Below, one piece after another: positions 1 through 8,351 of a stretch of DNA of 58,945 bases. Source of the stretch: an uncultured Prolixibacteraceae bacterium (lineage in GTDB: Bacteria; Bacteroidota; Bacteroidia; Bacteroidales; FEN-979); NCBI GenBank assembly GCA_964449285.1, contig CAYUZX010000013.1:1-58945 (forward strand), written 5' to 3'. The notes under the pieces were generated by a model that was given only the letters and a program-made list of their open reading frames with translations, was not told where the DNA came from and did not search any database. Every line of letters starts with the position of its first letter. Positions within the stretch are counted from its first letter, which is position 1. A program made the translations under genes and the position numbers.

Positions 1-63
1 CGTCTTACGTCTTACGTCTTACGTCTTACGTCTTACGTCTTACGTCTTACGTCCCTCGTCCCT
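1..63 (-). repeat. Heptamer tandem array: (CGTCTTA)x7 then (CGTCCCT)x2 on the + strand; cut by the window start
   Basis: Read directly; on the minus strand it begins inside the TAG stop (62-64) of the cyclodeaminase gene. Confidence 0.95.
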
Positions 64-1039
64 ACAGGTCAATCTCTTTCCCTACTCCCATTTCTTTTGC
101 TTTATCGTATACCAGCTTTGCGGTAGCGGCATCCTGGATCGCTAATCCGTTGGATTTGAATAGGGTAATCTCATCCTTTGATAATCTGCCAGGTAATTTT
201 CCGATAATGATTTCACCTAATTCGGCATAGAAATGGTGCTCGGTGATAGCGCCTTCCTGCAGCGGGATCATGATATCCCCTGCTTCTTTAAAACAGGCTT
301 CCCTGCTGTCGCCTATAAACTTTGACCGTTTAACAATTTCCGTATCGAGTTCCCTGGCGTTGGGTGTATGGCTTCCTATACCATTGATATGGGTTCCAGG
401 TTTTACCAGTGATCCGTCAAACAGTGGAGTGGGAGAGGAGGTTGCCGTGATGATGATATCTGTCTCAAGAGCCTCTCGGACAGTGCGGGATACAAGGACT
501 TCCATGCCCAGCTTTTTGCTCATCTCAGAAGCAAACTTTGTCGCTGTAACAACATCCTTGTCAAAAACAAATGCTTTGTTCAATGTTCGGGCTACTGTCA
601 CGGCCCAGAGCTGTGTTTTCGCCTGTACTCCGGCGCCGAAAACTCCCGCTGTGAGTTCGTGACCGTCATTCGCGAGGTATTTCGTTGCCACACCGCTGGC
701 CGCACCTGTACGAATTGCAGTCAGGTACCCACCGTCCATGATGCAGATCACTTCGCCTGTTTCAGGATTCTGCAATAATACCTTACCAATGGTGGTTGGG
801 AGGTTGAATCTGATTGGATTATCTTTGTATATAGCCACCACTTTACAGGCAAGGGCTTTCATCTCCTTGAGATAAGCAGGCATATAAAGAGAGAGACCGT
901 CCGGCGACTTGATAGGAATTCTCAACGGCAGATCGGCCGTGCCTTTCACCAATTCAACAAATGCCTTTTCCACTACCTCCATGCAATCTTCCATGGAGAG
1001 TACTTGAATAACATCCTCACGTGTTAAAATAAGAGCCAT
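62..1039 (-). CDS. Ornithine cyclodeaminase / mu-crystallin family protein (alanine dehydrogenase-like)
   Basis: LTAIRTGAASGVAT, GVFGAGVQA Rossmann motif, FKSNGLAIQD C-terminal motif; 325 aa. Confidence 0.9.
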   Translation of the reverse strand: MALILTREDVIQVLSMEDCMEVVEKAFVELVKGTADLPLRIPIKSPDGLSLYMPAYLKEMKALACKVVAIYKDNPIRFNLPTTIGKVLLQNPETGEVICIMDGGYLTAIRTGAASGVATKYLANDGHELTAGVFGAGVQAKTQLWAVTVARTLNKAFVFDKDVVTATKFASEMSKKLGMEVLVSRTVREALETDIIITATSSPTPLFDGSLVKPGTHINGIGSHTPNARELDTEIVKRSKFIGDSREACFKEAGDIMIPLQEGAITEHHFYAELGEIIIGKLPGRLSKDEITLFKSNGLAIQDAATAKLVYDKAKEMGVGKEIDL

Positions 1040-1130
1040 TTTGAATATTTTTGGAGTTTTGACAAAGATGCAGACTTTTTTTTATATTTGTTTATCTTTT
1101 CACAGATTAAATGACTAAACCCTCAACCGA

Positions 1131-1901
1131 ATGGAATACGAAATTTTAAAACTGGACGTAGATCATGGTATTGCTACGATTACCATCAATCGTCCGCAGG
1201 TACTCAACGCTCTGAATTCGCACTTTTTCGTTGAGATGAATCATGTCCTGAATGTGTTGGATGCAGATGAATCGATTAAAGCTGTGATCCTTACCGGTGT
1301 TGACAAAGCATTCGTTGCAGGTGCAGATATTGCTGAGATGTCGGATATGGACTATAACCATGCCAGAAGCTTTTCACTGACAGGGCAGGATACGTTTCAG
1401 CGGATAGAGAACTTTCGCACCCCTGTAATCGCTGCTGTAAATGGTTTTGCACTCGGAGGAGGCTGCGAACTGGCCATGGCATGTGATTTTCGCGTTGCCA
1501 GCAGCAAAGCAAAATTCAGCCAGCCTGAAGTGAGCCTCGGATTGATCCCCGGCTATGCAGGCACCCAACGTCTGTCACGCATTGCCGGGTTATCCAACGC
1601 CTTATATATGATTGTTTCGGGCGATATGATCACAGCAGACGATGCGTTACGGATGGGCCTGGTGCAGAAAGTGGCGGAGCCTGAGGAGTTGCTTGCCGAA
1701 GCCAAAGCTCTGGCTGGCCGCATTGCAACGAAAGGAGCTAAAGCGGTAAAGAAAGCCAAAGAGGTGATCCGGAAGGGAATTCACATGGACTTTGAAGAGG
1801 CCTGTCGTTACGAAGCCGAGGAATTCGCATCACTTTTCGGTAACGGTGAATCCCGTGAGGGAATGAAAGCATTCATAGAAAAACGTAAACCAAACTGGTA
1901 A
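1131..1901 (+). CDS. Enoyl-CoA hydratase (crotonase)
   Basis: AFVAGADI, VIAAVNGFALGGGCELAMACD, PEVSLGLIPGYAGTQRL. Confidence 0.93.
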   Translation: MEYEILKLDVDHGIATITINRPQVLNALNSHFFVEMNHVLNVLDADESIKAVILTGVDKAFVAGADIAEMSDMDYNHARSFSLTGQDTFQRIENFRTPVIAAVNGFALGGGCELAMACDFRVASSKAKFSQPEVSLGLIPGYAGTQRLSRIAGLSNALYMIVSGDMITADDALRMGLVQKVAEPEELLAEAKALAGRIATKGAKAVKKAKEVIRKGIHMDFEEACRYEAEEFASLFGNGESREGMKAFIEKRKPNW

Positions 1902-1988
1902 GGGACGAGGGACGAGGGACGAAGGACGAGGGACGAAGGACGAAGGACGATTTCCCCACCTCATCACCCCATGACCCTATCACTTCAA
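1901..1988 (+). repeat. Composite array: 7x A(G/A)GGACG (1901-1949), then 4 degenerate CACCYCAT-like octamers (1957-1988)
   Basis: Read directly; starts on the last base of the TAA stop of the crotonase gene. Confidence 0.92.
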
Positions 1989-2029
1989 GACAATCAAATA
2001 GTAATCAACTAATAACAAATTCGTAATTT

Positions 2030-3367
2030 ATGAACTACACAGAAAGATTATCCAATGTCGCCGTGCTTGGAGCCGCTGGAAAAATGGGCAGCGGAATCCT
2101 GTTGCTTACAGCTTTGGAGATGGTTGATCTCAGCCTGAAACCCGAAAACAAAGGAAAGGTATTTGTGATCAACGCCATTGATGTATCCAGCGAAGCTCTG
2201 GTTGGTTTGATGCGATACATCAGGGTACAGGCACTTAAAGCTGCAGAGAAAAAAACAGTTCAACTCAGGACAGCTTATGCCGACCGGGCAGACTTGATCG
2301 ATAACGAAGAGATCATCATGCAATATGTTGACGACGTAATGGTGACGATCCGTCCATCTATAAACCTGGAAGTTGCATACAACTCTACATTGATCTTTGA
2401 AGCGATCAAGGAAGACCCGGAACTTAAAGTGAAACTTTTGTCTCAGCTGGACAAGAACAACCCCAATAAACCTTGGTATTTCACTAACACATCTTCCATC
2501 CCAATCACTCAGCTTGATGAAAAAGCAGGACTGGGCGGGAGAATCATCGGATTCCATTTTTACAATCCCCCGGCTGTTCAGAAGCTGGTTGAGGTGATCA
2601 AGAGTGCATATACGCTTCCCGAAGTGGAGGAGTTTGCCCTCCAATATGCTAAAAGCCTTCGTAAGGTTGTTGTTCCTTCTGCCGATTTCGCAGGTTTTGT
2701 GGGGAATGGTCATTTTATGAGGGATGCATTGCATGGGATTGGTGAAGCTGAGAAATTTACTAAAGATGTTTCCCTTCCTGAAGCGATCTATATGATAAAC
2801 AAAGTGAGCCAGGATTATCTCATTCGACCCATGGGTATTTTCCAGTTGATCGATTATGTAGGAGTGGATGTTTGTCAATACATTATGAGTGTTATGAATC
2901 CATTCCTGAAGGATGAAGATCTCCATAGCGACTTTCTCGACAGGTTAATTGAGCAACGTGTATTGGGAGGCCAGTTTTCTGATGGATCACAGAAGGATGG
3001 AATCCTGAAATATGAGAAGGGAAGACCGATTGGTGTATACAATCCTGATATCGGGGAGTACGTTATGATTGCAGATTTTCAGGCTTCATGTGATGCAAAA
3101 CTCGGAGCAATGCCTGGTTCCATGCAACCATGGAAGAGCATTGCCTTTTCCGGCCGGAAAGATGAAATGCTGACTGCGATCTTTAATGAAATCAAGACGA
3201 TGGATACGCTTGGTGCCAGACTTTCAAAAGATTATGCCAAACGCTCCAAAGAGATCGGGTTACAACTAGTAGCCGACAACGTGGCTTTTACTGAGAAAGA
3301 TGTCAACACGGTGCTGTTAACCGGCTTCTTTCATGCATATGGACCTATCAATAATTACCTGGACTAA
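2030..3367 (+). CDS. 3-hydroxyacyl-CoA dehydrogenase family protein
   Basis: VLGAAGKMGSG NAD-binding motif, FEAIKEDPELK, TNTSSIP, GFHFYNPP, GFVGN, PMGIFQLIDYVGVDV. Confidence 0.88.
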   Translation: MNYTERLSNVAVLGAAGKMGSGILLLTALEMVDLSLKPENKGKVFVINAIDVSSEALVGLMRYIRVQALKAAEKKTVQLRTAYADRADLIDNEEIIMQYVDDVMVTIRPSINLEVAYNSTLIFEAIKEDPELKVKLLSQLDKNNPNKPWYFTNTSSIPITQLDEKAGLGGRIIGFHFYNPPAVQKLVEVIKSAYTLPEVEEFALQYAKSLRKVVVPSADFAGFVGNGHFMRDALHGIGEAEKFTKDVSLPEAIYMINKVSQDYLIRPMGIFQLIDYVGVDVCQYIMSVMNPFLKDEDLHSDFLDRLIEQRVLGGQFSDGSQKDGILKYEKGRPIGVYNPDIGEYVMIADFQASCDAKLGAMPGSMQPWKSIAFSGRKDEMLTAIFNEIKTMDTLGARLSKDYAKRSKEIGLQLVADNVAFTEKDVNTVLLTGFFHAYGPINNYLD

Positions 3368-3385
3368 AAACACGGAGGACATAAG

Positions 3386-4627
3386 ATGAAATTACGTAAA
3401 AAAGTATATATGGTTGCCGGTTATAACACCATCTCATTGGGGACAGGCCGGAAGGAGTTTAACCCGAAGAAGCAGCGTCCTGGACTTGAAGAGTATATGA
3501 AGGAGGCAGGCCAGGCCGTCCTGAAAAAAATTGGCGGGGCCAAGAATGTAGATGAATCAGTTGTTGGCAACTTCATCGCGGCCCGTTTCAACCGGCAGGG
3601 AAACCTGGCAGCATTTATGCCTTACATTGATCCCGGATTACGGTACAAACCTGCAGTGCGGGTTGAGGGTGCCTGTGGCTCAGGAGCGTTGGCTCTGGTG
3701 ACAGGGATCAAATCGTTATTGGCTGAAACTGCTGATGTTGTTCTGGTGCTTGGTGTAGAGGTGCAAAATACCGTTAAGGCAATCTATGGCGCCGATATTC
3801 TGGCAGCTGCAGGATGGGCAAAAGAGCGCAAAGAAGGGCATGCCTATTACTTCCCTGGCAAGTTTAGCGATCGGGCTAAAGCTTACCAGGAGAGGTTTGG
3901 AAAAGAAAAGCCTAGGGAAGCCATGGCTCAGTGGTATGTGAATGCGATTGAGAATGCCAGGCTTTGTCCAACCGCTCAAGAGTATCATAATTCTTCCGAT
4001 GAATTGCAGTCTTGCGGAATGATGAATCCAAACCCCCGGGGCTTTGTTGATAGCTTGAACGTATACGATTGTTCTAAGGTTTCCGATGGAGCTTCTGCTA
4101 TTGCTGTCGTCTCTGAAGAGGGACTGAAACGGATCGGGATACCGAAAAGTGAAGCTGTAGAAATTATTGGAATTGGTCAGGCTGAAGATGATCTCACAAA
4201 GCCTCCAGATGACCCAACGATCCTTGCCACCACTCGCGAAGCTGTCAGAAAAGCACTGGAATCGGCTGGAATCACGAAGGAACAACTGGGGACTGTGGAG
4301 TGCCACGACTGTTTTACCATTGCCGGGATTCTGGCTGTAGAAGCCATCGGTTTCGCCCCGCACGGTGGCGGAGCTGAATTTGTACTCCAGGGAAATACCA
4401 AGCGGACAGGGAAAATCCCGTTTAACACTACCGGCGGACTGGTAGGTTGGGGACACCCGACCGGAGCTACCGGTGTACATCAGGCAATCACAATCTGGGA
4501 ACAACTTACCGGGAGAGCAGGGGATTCACAGATTCCGATCACTGCTGAGCGGCCTTACGGATTAACAATCAATATGGGGGGAGACGATAAATCCCTTGTC
4601 TCTATCGTCTACAAAAGGGCTGAATGA
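3386..4627 (+). CDS. 3-ketoacyl-CoA thiolase, SCP2-type
   Basis: VEGACGSG (catalytic Cys), ECHDCF, GHPTGATG; C-terminal NMGG in place of CxG. Confidence 0.88.
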   Translation: MKLRKKVYMVAGYNTISLGTGRKEFNPKKQRPGLEEYMKEAGQAVLKKIGGAKNVDESVVGNFIAARFNRQGNLAAFMPYIDPGLRYKPAVRVEGACGSGALALVTGIKSLLAETADVVLVLGVEVQNTVKAIYGADILAAAGWAKERKEGHAYYFPGKFSDRAKAYQERFGKEKPREAMAQWYVNAIENARLCPTAQEYHNSSDELQSCGMMNPNPRGFVDSLNVYDCSKVSDGASAIAVVSEEGLKRIGIPKSEAVEIIGIGQAEDDLTKPPDDPTILATTREAVRKALESAGITKEQLGTVECHDCFTIAGILAVEAIGFAPHGGGAEFVLQGNTKRTGKIPFNTTGGLVGWGHPTGATGVHQAITIWEQLTGRAGDSQIPITAERPYGLTINMGGDDKSLVSIVYKRAE

Positions 4628-5571
4628 ACCGGATTACCAATCTGTTTGACATCAGATATCCGGTGATACAAGCCGGTATGATTTGGTGTAGTGGTTGGAG
4701 ATTGGCCTCAGCTGTAAGCAATGCTGGCGGCCTGGGTCTGATTGGTTCGGGCTCCATGCCTCCCGATCTTTTGCGCGACCAGATCAGAAAATGCAAGCAA
4801 GCTACCCACAACCCTTTTGGTGTCAATGTTCCCCTTCTTTATGAGAGGAATGACGAGAAATTCAGGATCCTTGAGGAAGAGGGAGTGAACATCGTATTCA
4901 CGTCTGCAGGTAATCCTTCAATATGGACAAAACATTTGAAGGAGAAAGGTTTCATAGTTGTGCATGTTATTGCAAATGTTAAATTTGCCTTGAAATGCCA
5001 GAATGCAGGAGTGGATGCCATTGTAGCCGAAGGTTTTGAAGCTGGCGGTCATAATGGCAAAGAGGAGACTACGACGATGGTATTAATCCCGCAGATCAGA
5101 GCAGCTATAGATATCCCTTTGATTGCTGCTGGTGGCATTGCATCGGGGAGAGCCATGCTGGCTTCCTTTGCGCTGGGCGCCGAAGGAGTCCAGATTGGCA
5201 GTCGTTTTGTGGCAACACCTGAGTCTTCGGCGCACCCTGCTTTCAAGCAGATGATCCTGGGGGCTGTAGATGGGGATACAATGCTTGCATTGAAAGGAAT
5301 CGGATCGGTCAGACTGTTGAAGAATAAATTCTACCAGGAAGTGCGCCAACTGGAGGATGCCGGGGCTTCTTCCGGAGAACTGGCCAACCTGTTAGGGAAA
5401 GGCCGGGCAAAAAAAGGGATGCTGGATGGAGACCTTGACGAAGGGGAACTCGAGATTGGGCAGGTAGCCGGATTGATACGGGAACTGAAGCCAGCAGGGG
5501 AAATTGTTGAAGAGATCATGATGGAATTCATGGATGCACAAAAAGAGCTGACTAACCATTACTTTAAATAA
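4624..5571 (+). CDS. Nitronate monooxygenase / FabK-like FMN oxidoreductase
   Basis: YPVIQAGM, EGFEAGGHNG, PLIAAGGIASG, GAEGVQIGSRF. Confidence 0.85.
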   Translation: MNRITNLFDIRYPVIQAGMIWCSGWRLASAVSNAGGLGLIGSGSMPPDLLRDQIRKCKQATHNPFGVNVPLLYERNDEKFRILEEEGVNIVFTSAGNPSIWTKHLKEKGFIVVHVIANVKFALKCQNAGVDAIVAEGFEAGGHNGKEETTTMVLIPQIRAAIDIPLIAAGGIASGRAMLASFALGAEGVQIGSRFVATPESSAHPAFKQMILGAVDGDTMLALKGIGSVRLLKNKFYQEVRQLEDAGASSGELANLLGKGRAKKGMLDGDLDEGELEIGQVAGLIRELKPAGEIVEEIMMEFMDAQKELTNHYFK

Positions 5572-5579
5572 AGTGATCG

Positions 5580-6725
5580 ATGCTGAACTTTGACTTTACA
5601 GAAGAGCAACTGATGATTCGTCAAGCTGCCCGTGACTTTGCCGAACGGGAACTACTCCCTGATATACTGGAACGCGACGAGAAAGGCATTTTCCCAACCC
5701 GCCAGATAAAGCTGCTGGGGGAACTTGGATTTTTTGGCTTAATGGTCGATCCTAAATATCATGGAGTGGGAATGGATACCATTGCATATATCCTGGCGAT
5801 AGAAGAGATCTCAAAAATTGACGCTTCCGTCGCAGTAGTGATGTCGGTACACAACTCCTTAATAACTAATCCGATAGAGCAGTTTGGCTCCGAAGAGCAG
5901 AAAGAAAAATACCTTCCGACGCTGGCAAAAGGAGAGAGACTGGGTGCTTTTTTGCTCTCTGAACCGGAGGCAGGTTCCGATGCCACAATGCAACGAACGC
6001 AAGCCATTGACAGGGGCGATCATTACCTGGTAAATGGTACAAAGAACTGGATCTCCAACGCAAAGAGTGCTGATATTTACATATTGATTGCTCAAACAGA
6101 GCCGGATAAGAAAAACAAAGGAATCAACGCCTTAATTGTTGAAAAGGACACACCTGGAATCACATTGGGTCCTCATGAGAATAAGATGGGAATGCGCAGT
6201 TCCGATACCCATTCGGTGATGTTCACAGATGTAAAAGTACCAAAAGAGAACCGCATTGGTGAGAATGGGTCTGGATTTAAAATTGCTATGAAAATTCTTA
6301 ACTCGGGACGAATCGGGATTGCTTCACAGGCCCTGGGTATTGCCATGGGAGCCTTTGATCGAGCTGTACAGTATTCCAGAGAGAGGAAAGCCTTCGGCAC
6401 AGTGATAGGCAACCACCAGTCTATCGCATTCAAACTTTCTGATATGGCAGTCAAGATTGAAACTGCTCAATTGTTGTTGCTCAAGGCCGGTTGGTTGAAA
6501 GATAAGCATAAACCATATACGGTTGCTGCAGCAATGGCAAAACAATATTGTGCGGATATAGCGATGGAAGTTACAACTGAAGCTGTACAGATCCACGGCG
6601 GATACGGATACGTCAAGGAGTATCATGTTGAGAGGCTGATGAGGGAGGCCAAGCTCACCCAGATTTATGAAGGGACTTCGGAGATTCAAAAGATTATTAT
6701 TTCCAGGGCGATACTCAATGAATGA
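5580..6725 (+). CDS. Acyl-CoA dehydrogenase (short/branched-chain type)
   Basis: LSEPEAGSDA, NGTKNWISN, KMGMRSSDT, QIHGGYGY, QIYEGTSEIQ. Confidence 0.95.
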   Translation: MLNFDFTEEQLMIRQAARDFAERELLPDILERDEKGIFPTRQIKLLGELGFFGLMVDPKYHGVGMDTIAYILAIEEISKIDASVAVVMSVHNSLITNPIEQFGSEEQKEKYLPTLAKGERLGAFLLSEPEAGSDATMQRTQAIDRGDHYLVNGTKNWISNAKSADIYILIAQTEPDKKNKGINALIVEKDTPGITLGPHENKMGMRSSDTHSVMFTDVKVPKENRIGENGSGFKIAMKILNSGRIGIASQALGIAMGAFDRAVQYSRERKAFGTVIGNHQSIAFKLSDMAVKIETAQLLLLKAGWLKDKHKPYTVAAAMAKQYCADIAMEVTTEAVQIHGGYGYVKEYHVERLMREAKLTQIYEGTSEIQKIIISRAILNE

Positions 6726-6754
6726 GATACAATTTCTATTATAAAATTACCATT

Positions 6755-8338
6755 ATGAAAAAGCACCTCATCCTGTTGTTACTTCTGTTTCCGTTTTTCT
6801 TAACCTATTCCCAAACCCTGAATCTTGACTCCGGTCTTGTTGCCTATTATCCGATGAATGGAAAAGGAACGGATATCAGCAGCAATAAAAAACACGGACC
6901 GGTACACACGGGAAAAGCAGTGTCCGACCGCAAAGGACATTCACAATCGGCTATCCAGTTTACAGCAGGAAAAGGAATGTTTAAACGGGGATTGTGGTCG
7001 CCAATCGACATTAACCCATCGAATTATCCCACATTGACCATAACTGCCTGGATAAAAACAGATAAAACATATGGTCATATAAACCTGATAACAAATGGCG
7101 ACAAGGAGTACTGTCGTGGATTGGTGACGGACAAAAATGACGGAGAATACCACTGGTCGGCAAATTGTGGTAGTGATGATATTTTATATGGCCCACTTGT
7201 AACGACAGAGTGGGTCTTTATGGCAGTTCTTTATGACCAGCCTAATGAAGCAGTTCGCCTGATTGTAAATAATCAGGTCTATGCCGGCCGTGGGAGAATG
7301 GGTAAAGGAGCTGACGCATTGACAATTGGGAACTTTGAAGGGATCATTGACGATGTCAGGATTTATGACCGCTTGCTGACTATTCCTGAACTGGAAGAGT
7401 TATTTGAAGGGGCTATCAATGTTGATATGGATGAATTTGCCATCAAAGAGCGTGTCGACTTTAAGAAAAAGCGGGAAGAAGAAAAACTCACGGAACTCAG
7501 GGAAAACCTGGTTAGGCGTACGTATAAATCAAAATTCCGGATCTATGAAGAGGCTGAAAGTTCCAATGTTAAGGCATACCTGGAGGAGGGCGACACAATC
7601 ACCATCATCGAAATGGGTGATGATTGGGCAACGGTGCAGTATAAAGATGAGAAGACTGGTTTTACCAGCATTTCCTCACTTCATGAGAATACCTATCCTG
7701 CAGATGGATCTGGGCTGACATTTACTCTAAAATACACATTACGTAATCTATTTAAATTTACATCTTTAAGGTCCTGGATCATCGTTATCGTTTGTGCTAT
7801 CTTGCTATTTTTTACTTTCCGATATTTCTACAAAATTGAATATTTTTTCTGGCGTTTTGGAGACCATGAACAGGGGACCATGGGAGCAAGTCGTTCTGAC
7901 TCAGATGCCTATAAAAGGCCTTTTTTGAATCGATTTTTTACATACTACCGTTTCAGATGGTGGCCTCTTACAATCGGAATCATTGGAGCTCTTGCTATGT
8001 TAGTTGCTGGTATATGGGATGGGACAGAGATGGAGTGGTATTTCTCAGAGGGGATCAACATCCTTCCCTTTGGATTCGACCGCCCCATTCATTGGTTTCT
8101 TTATACGGTGACACTTGTCATACTATTAATGACTTTCGTGACTGTTGTGGAGAGTTTTGTGGTTGGTGGATGGAAAGGCGGGATTATGAGGGTTATATTC
8201 ATGGCGATTGTCAATTTATTGGCATTCCTTGTCTTCTTTTATCTCTTCCTCGTTTTTATCATCATTGGTGCCATCATTTTTGGCATTGCTTTTTTCACGG
8301 GAGCGTTTAGCAGGGATACTTACTATTACACTAACTAA
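6755..8338 (+). CDS. Membrane protein: signal peptide, LamG-like domain, probable SH3b domain, several C-terminal TM helices
   Basis: Start placed at MKKHLILLLL; GLVAYYPMNG...FEGIIDDVRIYDRLLT (LamG_3-like); GDTITIIEMGDDWATVQYKDEKTGF (SH3b-like); about 5 hydrophobic segments. Confidence 0.75.
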   Translation: MKKHLILLLLLFPFFLTYSQTLNLDSGLVAYYPMNGKGTDISSNKKHGPVHTGKAVSDRKGHSQSAIQFTAGKGMFKRGLWSPIDINPSNYPTLTITAWIKTDKTYGHINLITNGDKEYCRGLVTDKNDGEYHWSANCGSDDILYGPLVTTEWVFMAVLYDQPNEAVRLIVNNQVYAGRGRMGKGADALTIGNFEGIIDDVRIYDRLLTIPELEELFEGAINVDMDEFAIKERVDFKKKREEEKLTELRENLVRRTYKSKFRIYEEAESSNVKAYLEEGDTITIIEMGDDWATVQYKDEKTGFTSISSLHENTYPADGSGLTFTLKYTLRNLFKFTSLRSWIIVIVCAILLFFTFRYFYKIEYFFWRFGDHEQGTMGASRSDSDAYKRPFLNRFFTYYRFRWWPLTIGIIGALAMLVAGIWDGTEMEWYFSEGINILPFGFDRPIHWFLYTVTLVILLMTFVTVVESFVVGGWKGGIMRVIFMAIVNLLAFLVFFYLFLVFIIIGAIIFGIAFFTGAFSRDTYYYTN

Positions 8339-8351
8339 AGAGAGAACAGGT

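Noticed and set aside
1-1988. Tandem arrays as CRISPR repeats
   Set aside because: Units are 7-8 bp and contiguous with no spacers, and there are no cas genes in the window.
8208-8351. N-terminal extension of the AAA+ ORF given in the ORF track
   Set aside because: It overlaps the upstream gene; ATG 8352 follows that gene's stop and begins the first repeat.
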